NCBI GenBank assembly: GCA_047601445.1
Contig: JASGJH010000001.1
Span: forward strand, 2,432,001-2,496,000
Direction: 5' to 3'
DNA: 64,000 bases
From: Myxococcales bacterium
Lineage (GTDB): Bacteria > Myxococcota_A > Polyangia > Polyangiales > DASUME01
The translations under genes were made by a program, and so were the position numbers. The notes under the pieces are model-generated. The model searched no databases. It worked only from the letters and a program-made list of their open reading frames with translations, and was not told the origin of the DNA. Positions 24,624 to 33,551 of the stretch are shown here, piece by piece; the stretch's first letter is position 1, and each line of letters begins with the position of its first letter.

Positions 24624-25147
24624 AGCTCGCGACGCTCGCTTGGCTGGCACTCGCGCTCGGTCCCGTCCGAGCGCGCGCCGAGGCAGCGAGCACGCACGAT
24701 GCGTCGAGCCCGGAGGCGTCCTATTTCCCGGACGCGTTCGAGGCGCAGCGAGCGCAAGATCAAGCCACTTCGCGAGAGCTCGAGCGCGCACTCACGCTCC
24801 TGCCCGGCGTGAGCGCGGCGAGGGTGAGCGTGCAGCGGACCCACCCCGCCCTGGTCCCGCTCGACCAGCCCATCCCCCAGACCCGCCTCCACGTGCTGCT
24901 GCAGCGCACGAACGAAGCCCCCCAGCCGTCCGAGGTCAAGGCGCTGCTCCAGGGGTTCGCTGGCACCGAAGCGATGCAGCCCACAATCGAGCTCGTCGAA
25001 GCGCGCGGACTAGCTCCGGCCCTCCCCCCACCCCTGACTCGGTTCGAAACAAACGAGTCCCCGTTTCGTACGCTGCTCGCCATCTCGCTCGCCGCAAACG
25101 TGCTGCTCGCCACAGTTCTCCTGTTCCGTGGCCGCGCGCGAGGTTAG
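24620..25147 (+). CDS. Exported, C-terminally anchored protein with SctJ/FliF-like ring-building motif
   Basis: Signal peptide; ELERALTLLPGVSAARVSV resembles the SctJ/FliF motif EL..T....GV..ARVH; C-terminal TM; 4-nt overlap with upstream gene. Confidence 0.55.
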   Translation: MKLATLAWLALALGPVRARAEAASTHDASSPEASYFPDAFEAQRAQDQATSRELERALTLLPGVSAARVSVQRTHPALVPLDQPIPQTRLHVLLQRTNEAPQPSEVKALLQGFAGTEAMQPTIELVEARGLAPALPPPLTRFETNESPFRTLLAISLAANVLLATVLLFRGRARG

Positions 25148-25225
25148 ATGGTCAGAAGTTCAGCCAACCAGGGCCAATTGAGCGCCGTGGACACCCTTCA
25201 CCTACATCGTTAGACTCCGCCACCA

Positions 25226-25963
25226 GTGCTTGCCCTACGCGACGTTTCCCTTCGCCTGAAAGACGCTCCCGTCCTCAAAAACGTGAGCCTCGACATCCCC
25301 GCGGGTGGCGTTCTCGCGCTCATCGGACCGGGTGCCGCAGGCAAGAGCGTGCTCTTCAAGGTGATGACCGGCCTGCTCACCCCCGATCGCGGCGAAGCGC
25401 TGGTCGACGGGGAAGTCATCAACGGCATGTCGAACCTCGACCTGGCGCGCGTGCGCAAGAAGATCGGCATGTGCTTTCAGAACAACGCTCTGTTCGACCA
25501 CATGACCGTCGCGGAGAACATCTCCTTCCCGCTGCGTCGCCTGTTCGACTACAGCGAGATGGAGCTCAGCGGCATCGTGGCCGAGCGCCTCGCCCGAGTC
25601 TCGTTGCCAGGCTTCCAGGAGCGCATGCCTGCCGGTCTCTCCGGCGGCCAAAAGAAGCGAGTGGGCATCGCGCGGGCCACGGCGCAGCGCGCTCCCATCG
25701 TGCTCTACGATGAACCCACGGCCGGTCTCGATCCGGTGAACAGCCAGAAAATCTTCAACCTGATCCGCGATGAACAGCGCGCCCAGGGCAGCACGGTGGT
25801 CGTGATCTCGAGCGACGTGGGGGGCCTTCTCACCGTCGCGGATCACGTCGCGATGCTGCATCGCGGCCAGCTCCTCTTCTACGGCACTACTGCCCACGCG
25901 AAGAACAGCGGTATCGCTGCCGTGAACCAGTTCGTCCACGGCCTGACGGAGGGACCGCTGTGA
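25226..25963 (+). CDS. mlaF: MlaF/Mkl-like ABC ATPase 1
   Basis: Walker A GPGAAGKS, FQNNALFDHMTV, LSGGQKKRV, LYDEPTAGLDP, C-terminal QFV.G..EGP. Confidence 0.88.
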   Translation: MLALRDVSLRLKDAPVLKNVSLDIPAGGVLALIGPGAAGKSVLFKVMTGLLTPDRGEALVDGEVINGMSNLDLARVRKKIGMCFQNNALFDHMTVAENISFPLRRLFDYSEMELSGIVAERLARVSLPGFQERMPAGLSGGQKKRVGIARATAQRAPIVLYDEPTAGLDPVNSQKIFNLIRDEQRAQGSTVVVISSDVGGLLTVADHVAMLHRGQLLFYGTTAHAKNSGIAAVNQFVHGLTEGPL

Positions 25964-26778
25964 GCAGTCCAGCGCTCGAAGAAAAGCAATCATCCGACAC
26001 CCCGTTCGGGCTCTTGGTCCCCGAGCGCATGGGTAAGGCCCTGGTGGCCATCGCGGAGCAGACGGGTGGCATCGGCGTGCTGGCCTGGCGTCTGCTGGTG
26101 CGCCTGCTTCCCCCGCGCGTCGATCGCTACGAGTTGGTGCGCAACTTCTACAAGATGGGCGTGCGCTCCGTGGGCATCGTCTCGGTGACCGCGCTCTTCG
26201 TGGGCGCCATCATGGTCATTCAGATCGCTCCGCTGGTGGTGCGCTTCGGCGCCACGGCGATCATCGGTTGGGGTGCCGGTTTCGCCATGCTGCGCGAGGT
26301 CGGACCGCTCCTCATCGCGCTCATGTTCTCGGGCCGCGTCGGCGCCAACAACACCGCCGAGCTCGGCACCATGGTCGTCACCGAGCAGCTCGACGCGTTG
26401 CGGGCACTTTCGATCGATCCGCTCACGTACCTGATTCTTCCGCGCGTCATCTCCATGATCGTGATGCTTTTCGTGCTCACGATCTTCGGCGATCTGGTGG
26501 CGCTAGGTGGCGCAATCATGAGCGCCAAGGCGCTCCTCGACGTGGATGCGTCGCAGTTCCTCAACAGCTTCTTCGAGATGCTGGACCACTGGGACTTCCT
26601 GCAGAGCCTGATCAAGGCAACGGCCTTCGGCGTCATGATCGCGCTCACTTCCTGTCATTTCGGCCTTTCCACCAAGGGCGGTGCTCCTGGTGTCGGACGC
26701 TCGGTAAATGCCGCCGTGGTGGCTGCAGCGATCGGCATCTTCGTGATGGACTACTTCTTCACCTTCGTCATGAAATGA
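25960..26778 (+). CDS. mlaE: MlaE-family permease 1
   Basis: REVGPLL, GRVGA...AELGTMVVTEQLDAL, ILPR, GVG. Confidence 0.92.
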   Translation: MSSPALEEKQSSDTPFGLLVPERMGKALVAIAEQTGGIGVLAWRLLVRLLPPRVDRYELVRNFYKMGVRSVGIVSVTALFVGAIMVIQIAPLVVRFGATAIIGWGAGFAMLREVGPLLIALMFSGRVGANNTAELGTMVVTEQLDALRALSIDPLTYLILPRVISMIVMLFVLTIFGDLVALGGAIMSAKALLDVDASQFLNSFFEMLDHWDFLQSLIKATAFGVMIALTSCHFGLSTKGGAPGVGRSVNAAVVAAAIGIFVMDYFFTFVMK

Positions 26779-27599
26779 CCATCCAAGCCAACATCGAAAC
26801 CCAGCGTCCTCAGGCCATCGGCCTGGCCACTCGCTTGACGGCTCCTTTCGGGGCTTTGGGCCGCGACCTGCGCGGGCTGTACCTGATGCTGCAGGAGACG
26901 CTGTACTTCCTGCTGCGCGGACGCCTCGACCGCAAGTCCGTCGTGGAGCAGTCGTACGCCATCGGCAACGGCTCCATGCTCTTCGTCTCCGTGACCATGA
27001 CGGTGATCGGCATGATCACCGTGGTCCAGTCCGGCATTCAGATCCAGCGCGTGATTCCGGACTACACGATGCTCGGCGCCAACATCATCCAGATCATGGT
27101 GCGCGAGTTCGCCCCCACGGTCTGCGCCCTGATGCTGGCCACCCGCGTGGGCGCCGGCATCGCGGCCGAGATCGGCTCCATGGTCGTCACCGAGCAGGTC
27201 GACGCCCTGCGCATGAGCGCCGCCGACCCCGTGGAATACCTGGTCGTGCCGCGCTTCGTCGCTTGCGTAGTGATGACCACGGCGTTGTCGTTCTGGTCCC
27301 TGTTCGCTTCGCTGGTGGCCGGCACCATGGCTGCGAACATGGTGTTCGACGTCAACTACGACACCTTCATGAGCTTCAACCTCGTCAACATCGGGGACTT
27401 CGTGGTGTGCGCGCTGAAGGCGATCTTCTACGGCGCCGCGATCCCGATCGTGAGCTCCCAGCGCGGTCTCACGACCTTCGGTGGTTCCGAGGGCGTGGGC
27501 TCGGCCACCACGAACGCCGTGGTGCACAGCTCGCTCGCAATCATCGTGCTCGACCTCATCCTGAGCCTCTTCGGCTACGTCGTTTTCCCCCCGAACTGA
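26775..27599 (+). CDS. mlaE: MlaE-family permease 2
   Basis: REFAP, RVGAGIAAEIGSMVVTEQVDAL, LVVPR, GVGSATTNAVV; 4-nt overlap. Confidence 0.92.
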   Translation: MTIQANIETQRPQAIGLATRLTAPFGALGRDLRGLYLMLQETLYFLLRGRLDRKSVVEQSYAIGNGSMLFVSVTMTVIGMITVVQSGIQIQRVIPDYTMLGANIIQIMVREFAPTVCALMLATRVGAGIAAEIGSMVVTEQVDALRMSAADPVEYLVVPRFVACVVMTTALSFWSLFASLVAGTMAANMVFDVNYDTFMSFNLVNIGDFVVCALKAIFYGAAIPIVSSQRGLTTFGGSEGVGSATTNAVVHSSLAIIVLDLILSLFGYVVFPPN

Positions 27600-27602
27600 C
27601 CC

Positions 27603-28349
27603 ATGCCCATCCACTTTCAAAACTTGCACAAGCGATTCGGCGACAAGCACGTCTTGCGCGGCGTGGACATCGAGGTCCGCGACGGCGAGTGCTTCTTCGT
27701 CATCGGCGCGAGCGGCGTGGGCAAGAGCGTGCTCATCAAGCACCTGGTCGGCCTGCTGCGCCCGGACTCCGGGGACATCTTCCTGGACGGGACCGAGGTC
27801 TCCCGGCTGAGCGAGACCGAGTTCTACCCGGTGCGCATGCGCTGCGCGATGGTGTTCCAGCACTCCACGCTGTTCGACTCCATGAGTTGCGCCGAGAACG
27901 TCGCTCTCCCGCTGCGCATGCACAAGCGGCTCAGCATGGACAAGGCCATGGTGGAGGCCGAGCGCCGGCTCGACCAGGTCCACATGCTCGACTTCGCCAA
28001 GGCGTTCCCCGCCGAGCTCGGCGACGGCATGCGCAAGCGCGTCGCCATCGCCCGCGCCCTCACGCTCGACCCCCGCTACGTGCTGTTCGACGAGCCCACC
28101 ACCTCGCTCGACCCCATCTCAGCGCGCCGTGTCGACAAGCTCATCTACGAGCTCTCGCGCGAGCTCGGCGTAACCTCCATCGTGGTCAGCCACGACCTCA
28201 CCAGCATTTTCAGCATCGCCGATCGCATCGCGATGCTGTACCAGGGCCACGTGCGGATGCTGGGTACGCAAGACGACTTCCGGCAAACGGTCGATCCCAT
28301 CGTTCGCCAGTTCATCACCGGCCAGGCCGAAGGGCCCATGGAGGTATGA
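27603..28349 (+). CDS. mlaF: MlaF/Mkl-like ABC ATPase 2
   Basis: GASGVGKS, FQHSTLFDSM, signature variant LGDGM, LFDEPT, VSHD, QFI.G..EGP. Confidence 0.9.
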   Translation: MPIHFQNLHKRFGDKHVLRGVDIEVRDGECFFVIGASGVGKSVLIKHLVGLLRPDSGDIFLDGTEVSRLSETEFYPVRMRCAMVFQHSTLFDSMSCAENVALPLRMHKRLSMDKAMVEAERRLDQVHMLDFAKAFPAELGDGMRKRVAIARALTLDPRYVLFDEPTTSLDPISARRVDKLIYELSRELGVTSIVVSHDLTSIFSIADRIAMLYQGHVRMLGTQDDFRQTVDPIVRQFITGQAEGPMEV

Positions 28350-28412
28350 ACATGCGCGCGAACGCCAACTTGAACGGTTTTGGTCTTAAGCAGCTCCAGA
28401 GAGGGGTGTGAC

Positions 28413-29400
28413 GTGAAGGGCTTTTCATTAGAGGTCAAAGTCGGCCTGCTCCTGTTGGCAGCACTGCTGCTGATGGGCGGGTTCCTGTTCGCGCTGGGAG
28501 GCATCGACCTCAAGGGCGGCTACAGCGTGTACGTGGACTTCAACAACCCGGGCGGCCTCAAGCCCGGCGCCGCGGTCCGCATCGCGGGCGTGCGCGTGGG
28601 CACGGTGGAGAAGAGCGTTTACCTCGGTGGCAAGCTCGACCCCAAGACCGGCCGTCGACCGCTGGTGCGCGTCGAGCTGAAGATCGACAACGAGGTCAAG
28701 GACACCATCCACGAGGACGCGCTGTTCTACGTGACCTCCTCGGGCGTGCTCGGTGAGCCCTTCATGGCCATCGACCCCGGCTCGGCCACCAAGGGCATCC
28801 TGGCCGAAGGCAGCATCAACCGCGGCCTCGATCCACCCCGTCTCGAATCTGGCTCTGGCCATGGGTTACGAGCTGCTCGAGACCATGGTGGAAGCCGTGC
28901 GCAACAACAAGGAAGAGATTGCCGGTCTCTTGCACGACACGAGCGGCCTGCTCAAGGGCCTCAACAACGTCATCGGCAAGAACGAGCAGAAGTTCCACAA
29001 CATCATCGCCAACGTGGAGACAGCCTCCGACGAAGGCACGCAGTTGATCAAGGGCGTGCGCACGAACTACGTGGATAGCCCCCAGATCAAGCGCATCGTG
29101 AACAACATCGACAAGACCATGGCCGAGACGTCCCCCCTCGTGAAGGAGGTCCGCACCACGGTGTCCGACGTGCTCGGACCGGAGCAGCGCGAGAAGCTCA
29201 AGTCCACCATCAGCGACGCCTCCATCTTGGCCGACCGCGCCAAGGTCACTCTGTCCGATGCACAGGCCATCATGACCCACATGAAGCGCGGCGAAGGCAC
29301 GGTCGGCGGCCTGCTGATGGACGAAGAGATCTACGACGACGTCCAGGAAATGTTGCGCGACCTCAAGCACAACCCCTGGAAGCTGTTCTGGCGCGAGTGA
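28413..29400 (+). CDS. mlaD: MlaD/MCE-family protein with helical extension (+1 frameshift at about 28846-28847)
   Basis: EVKVGL-TM, GGLKPGAAVRIAGVRVGTV, SSGVLGE. Deleting one A restores RLDLALAM. C-terminal GTVGGLL..PWKL. Confidence 0.88.
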
Positions 29401-29757
29401 TGTGACGGACCGACGCGGCTCTCCCCGCCGCGTCGGTCGCCGCGCGCCGACCAGGCCCTCCCTCTGGCCCGTCGGCAGCCTTCGGCGCGTTCCCTACTCC
29501 CTCAAGCTCAACCTGAACTTTTGGCGCGGGCCCCGGCGAGTCAGCCTGCCGGGGTACGTGGTCAAACGTACGTTTGCCGGCATGTCGGCGCGTTCCAGGC
29601 TTGCAATTGATCGCAAAAAGACGGCAAATGCGGGGATTCGCACGTCCTGGGCAAGCGCCCACGTGTAGGGCCAAAGACTGTGTAAACCCGCTTCGCCCCC
29701 GCTCAGATTTGCTCAGAAAAAGTGAGCAGTTTCATGTCATTAGGCCAGCCCCCGCCG

Positions 29758-29786
29758 TTGACATGCGGACACCACCACGATAGTTT
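29758..29786 (+). promoter_or_regulatory. Putative sigma70 promoter
   Basis: Consensus TTGACA-17 nt-TAGTTT about 110 bp upstream of the 29895 CDS. Confidence 0.6.
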
Positions 29787-29894
29787 TGAATCACCGTGGG
29801 AGGCGTTGCGGGCACGGATCGAAGGCCGTGCTTGGACGTCGTGACGACTTAACGCTTTCGCCTACTACGGAGAACGTCGATGCACGGAGCACCC

Positions 29895-30683
29895 ATGGAA
29901 GACCGCAAGGAGTCCTCTGTTCTCTTCAACCTCAAGGAGCTGATGAGCCTTGAGGACGACCGCATCAAGAGCGAAGAGGACCAAAAGAGGCGCGCTGCTG
30001 AGGAAGCGCGCCGTCGTGAAGAGGAGACTCGGCGTGCAGCCGAGGAGGCCGAGAGGGCCAAGATCCGGCGGGCCGAAGAGGAGAAGCTCGCGGCAGAGCG
30101 CAGGGTGCGCGAGGAAGAAGCGCGCCGACTCGGCATCATCGAGGCCGAGAAGGAAAAGGCCCGTCTCGAAGCCGAGGCACGCGCCCGTCAGGAGGAGCAG
30201 GAGCGCATGCTGGCCCACCAGCGTGAGCTCGAGCGCATGCAGCTCGAGAAGCAGAAGGGCATGTCCCCTGCCGTGATCGGCGCCATCGTGGCGCTCTTGG
30301 TCGCAGTCGGCGCGGGCGGCTACTTCGGCGTCATCAAGCCCGAGCAGGAGCGCTCGGCCAAGGCCAAGGAAGCGGCCGAAGCCATGGCGGCAGCCACCAA
30401 GGCAGAAGCCGACGCGCAGGCGGCGGCCCAGGCAGCGGAGCTCCAGAAGGCCAGAGACGATGCCCGCAAGCTGGCGACGGAGAAGGCCGAGGCCCAGGCT
30501 CTGGCCGACGCGGCACGCAGCAAGCCGAGCGAGCCCAAGGCTGCCCCGAGCGGCGGTGGCGGCGAGACCCGCAGCCGTCCCAAGAGCAGCGGTGGCGGCG
30601 GCAAGGCCAAGAGCGGTGGCGGCGGTGGTGGCGGCGGCGGCGGCGGTGGCTGCGACCCGAACGACCCGTTGTGCGGTCTCTGA
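29895..30683 (+). CDS. Coiled-coil, single-TM protein with Gly run and C-terminal CDPNDPLC motif
   Basis: ESSVLFNLKELM N-terminus, E/R/A-rich coil, TM AVIGAIVALLVAVGAGGYFGVI, GGAG RBS (alternative start 29880). Confidence 0.8.
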   Translation: MEDRKESSVLFNLKELMSLEDDRIKSEEDQKRRAAEEARRREEETRRAAEEAERAKIRRAEEEKLAAERRVREEEARRLGIIEAEKEKARLEAEARARQEEQERMLAHQRELERMQLEKQKGMSPAVIGAIVALLVAVGAGGYFGVIKPEQERSAKAKEAAEAMAAATKAEADAQAAAQAAELQKARDDARKLATEKAEAQALADAARSKPSEPKAAPSGGGGETRSRPKSSGGGGKAKSGGGGGGGGGGGGCDPNDPLCGL

Positions 30684-30708
30684 TCAGCTGAGCTGACCGA
30701 GCATCGGA

Positions 30709-30738
30709 AGGGCCGCGCGCGAAAGCCGCGGCCTTTTT
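30709..30738 (+). terminator. Intrinsic terminator
   Basis: GGCCGCG(c)GC-GAAA-GCCGCGGCC followed by TTTTT. Confidence 0.75.
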
Positions 30739-30777
30739 GCTTTGCTCGCGGGACGTGCGGCGAGTACGCAGCCGGCC

Positions 30778-31503
30778 ATGAAGCGTCTCATCTGTGGCCC
30801 GCGCGCGGTGACCGAGGCCCTGCGGGCCCAGCCGGGCGAGATCTCCGTGGTGTACCTGGCGGAGGATCCGCGGCGCGAGCTCAAAGAGGTGCTCGAGCTG
30901 GCCAAGAAGCGCAGCGTGGCCTTCGAGTTTCGCGAGCCGCCGGAGCTGGAGCTCCTGGCGCGCGGGGAGCGACACCAAGGCGTGCTCGCCATCGGCGGGA
31001 GCTACTCCTATTTGAGCTTCGAGGAGCTGCTGGAGAAGCTGCCCGAGCGCGCGCTTGTGGTGGCGCTCGACGAGATCACGGACCCTCACAACTTCGGAGC
31101 CATCGTGCGCAGCGCGGTAGCGTTCGGTGCGCACGGCATCGTGACGCTGAAGCATCGCGCAGCGCCCGTGACGCCGGTGGTGGTGCGCGCCTCCGCGGGG
31201 GCAACCGAGCACGCGCGCATCGCGCGGGTGGCCAACCTGGTGCAAGCGCTGGATGCGCTGCGAGAACGGGGCTTCTCGGTGATCGGGCTGGCCGTGGAGG
31301 GCGCCCAGGACTTGCCCAAGCTGCGCGACGACGGGGCGAGCCGCGTATTGGTGGTGGGGTCGGAGGGACGTGGGTTGAGACGCCTGGTGCGCGAACACTG
31401 CACCGAGCTGGTGCGCATTCCCATGGCGGGTCCCATCGAGTCGCTCAACGCTTCGGTGGCCGCAGCGGTCGCGCTCTACGCCCTCACTAGCACGGGCTCT
31501 TGA
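30778..31503 (+). CDS. rlmB: 23S rRNA G2251 2'-O-methyltransferase (TrmH/SpoU family)
   Basis: HQGV, LDEITDPHNFGAIVRSA, ASAGA, GSEGRG, IPMAGPIESLNASVA. Confidence 0.92.
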   Translation: MKRLICGPRAVTEALRAQPGEISVVYLAEDPRRELKEVLELAKKRSVAFEFREPPELELLARGERHQGVLAIGGSYSYLSFEELLEKLPERALVVALDEITDPHNFGAIVRSAVAFGAHGIVTLKHRAAPVTPVVVRASAGATEHARIARVANLVQALDALRERGFSVIGLAVEGAQDLPKLRDDGASRVLVVGSEGRGLRRLVREHCTELVRIPMAGPIESLNASVAAAVALYALTSTGS

Positions 31504-31679
31504 GCCGGCGTCGCTCGCCTCGCGGCGGACGGCGCTGTTTTCGCGGGCGACGCACGCACCGGCAGCCCCGCGCCGACGCGGGGACCGAGCTCCATGTGCG
31601 ATAGAGCATACCGTGTTGGGCACACTGGTCGCTGGGATACGATCGCCGCTTAGTCCAGCTCTGGTGGCGCGGCCCAGCG

Positions 31680-33542
31680 ATGCAATTCGACAAACTCTTC
31701 CAACTCCTCGAACGAAGTGATGTGAAGGAGCTCGCCCTGCAGAGCGAGCGCCCGCCGTGCGCGCTGATCGGCGAGCAGTACGCGCCCGTCGTGAAGCGCA
31801 ACTTCTCCGAAGAAGACGTGATCGGCGCGCTCGTGGCGGCCGGCGGACGAGCCGAGGTGATAAGCCTGATCGAAGGCCAGCGACGCTGGGAGTACCAGCA
31901 CCCGACCCTGGGGCTGATCCGCGTCACGGCGGGCTATCACGGCGACAAACTGCAGGCGCGCTTCAAGCTGCTGGTTCCTGCGGAGGGTCGCAAGCCGCAG
32001 GCGGCGGCGGGGCCCCTCGATTTGCAGGGGTTCGGCGACGAGTCCACGGGCTCTCGCCCCAAGCCCGAGAATGCCGCGCCGGCCGCGGCTCAAGCCAAGC
32101 CGCCCGAGCCCAGGGCAGCGCCGCGCGCGCCCGCGCCGCCACCCCTGGCCCGCCCGGCCGGCGTGGCCGCCGCGCCAGGGCCGCTGCCCCACCGTCCGGG
32201 CGGCGCCCCGGCGCCGAACACGGGCGCCATCCCGGCGCCGGCCGCCGCGCCCTCGCCTACCGCTCCACTGGCCGCAACGCCTGGAGCCCCAGCGCCCGCT
32301 GCACCCTCCCCAGCCCCCGCCCCGAGCGTGCAGGCCGCGCCCGCACCCCCTCCCCGCGTACGGCTGGGCAGCGCGCCCGCCGAGATCTTCGAATCTCTGC
32401 TCAAGCTCTCGCGCGAACAGCGCGCCAGCGACCTGCACGTCCTAGGCGACCGCTCGCCGACCCTGCGCATCGCGGGCGATCTGGTGCCCGTGGCCGACCC
32501 ACTGTCGGCTTCGGTGGTGGCCGAAATGCTGCTCAACGTCGTGCCCGCCAGCGTGCGCGCCGACCTCGATCAGCACGGCGCCTGCGACTTTCCGCTGCTT
32601 CATCCGACCCTCGGCCGGTTCCGCGCCAACGTCACGCGGCAGCGCAGCGGCTACAAGCTCACGGCCCGCCCGATTCGCGACACGGTGCCCACCCTCGAGG
32701 AGCTCGGGCTTCCCAAGTCGATCGCCAACGCCACGCACCATCACCAGGGGTTGATCGTGGTCACGGGCCCCACGGGCCACGGCAAGACCACCACGCTGGC
32801 CGCCATCGTCGACCTGATCAACCGCGAGCACACGCACCACATCATCAGCGTCGAAGATCCCATCGAGTACGTGCATCCACCGAAGCGCTCGGTGATCTCT
32901 CAGCGTCAGGTCGGTGCACACACCAAGACCTTCGCGGCGGCGCTCAAGGGCTCGTTGCGCGAGGACCCGGACGTGATCGTGGTGGGCGAGCTCCGCGACA
33001 CGGAGACGGTGCGCATGGCGCTCTCGGCGAGCGAGACGGGCCACCTGGTGATCAGCACCATGAACACGCCCAGCGCGGCCAAGGCCATCGAGCGCTTGAT
33101 CGACCTGTTTCCCCCCGGAGACCAGCCCCAGGTGCGTATGACCCTCGCGGGCGGCTTGCGCCTCATCATCTCGCAGCGCCTGGTGCCCACCGCCGACCGC
33201 ACGGACCTCGTGGCCGCGGCGGAGCTCTTGCCGGGCAGCTCGCCGCTATGGGCCCTGATCCGCGACAACAAGACGTTCCAGATCCCGAGCCTGCAGCAGC
33301 GCGGCAAGGCCATCGGCATCGTGCGTCTCGACGACTCGCTGGCCGAGCTCGTGCGCACCGGCCGCACCAGCCTCGAGATTGCGCGCGAGTTCGCCGAAGC
33401 CCCCGACCAGTTCGACGCGCTCGTCACGCAGGCCCTCAACCCCGCCGCCGCGAAGCCCGCCCAGTTCGACCCGACGGGAGGCTCGCTGGGCAAGGACCTG
33501 TTCTCGAAGGCTGGCAAAATCTTCGGCAACGACCGCAAGTAG
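31680..33542 (+). CDS. PilT-family ATPase with an extra N-terminal domain and Pro/Ala linker
   Basis: ASDLHV, RFRAN, GPTGHGKTTT, EDPIEY, LREDPDVIVVGELRD, ETGHLV. Confidence 0.9.
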   Translation: MQFDKLFQLLERSDVKELALQSERPPCALIGEQYAPVVKRNFSEEDVIGALVAAGGRAEVISLIEGQRRWEYQHPTLGLIRVTAGYHGDKLQARFKLLVPAEGRKPQAAAGPLDLQGFGDESTGSRPKPENAAPAAAQAKPPEPRAAPRAPAPPPLARPAGVAAAPGPLPHRPGGAPAPNTGAIPAPAAAPSPTAPLAATPGAPAPAAPSPAPAPSVQAAPAPPPRVRLGSAPAEIFESLLKLSREQRASDLHVLGDRSPTLRIAGDLVPVADPLSASVVAEMLLNVVPASVRADLDQHGACDFPLLHPTLGRFRANVTRQRSGYKLTARPIRDTVPTLEELGLPKSIANATHHHQGLIVVTGPTGHGKTTTLAAIVDLINREHTHHIISVEDPIEYVHPPKRSVISQRQVGAHTKTFAAALKGSLREDPDVIVVGELRDTETVRMALSASETGHLVISTMNTPSAAKAIERLIDLFPPGDQPQVRMTLAGGLRLIISQRLVPTADRTDLVAAAELLPGSSPLWALIRDNKTFQIPSLQQRGKAIGIVRLDDSLAELVRTGRTSLEIAREFAEAPDQFDALVTQALNPAAAKPAQFDPTGGSLGKDLFSKAGKIFGNDRK

Positions 33543-33551
33543 GAGAACGTC

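Noticed and set aside
29402..29668. 88-aa ORF or ncRNA downstream of mlaD
   Set aside because: No RBS, atypical codon usage and no recognisable RNA structure; treated as intergenic.
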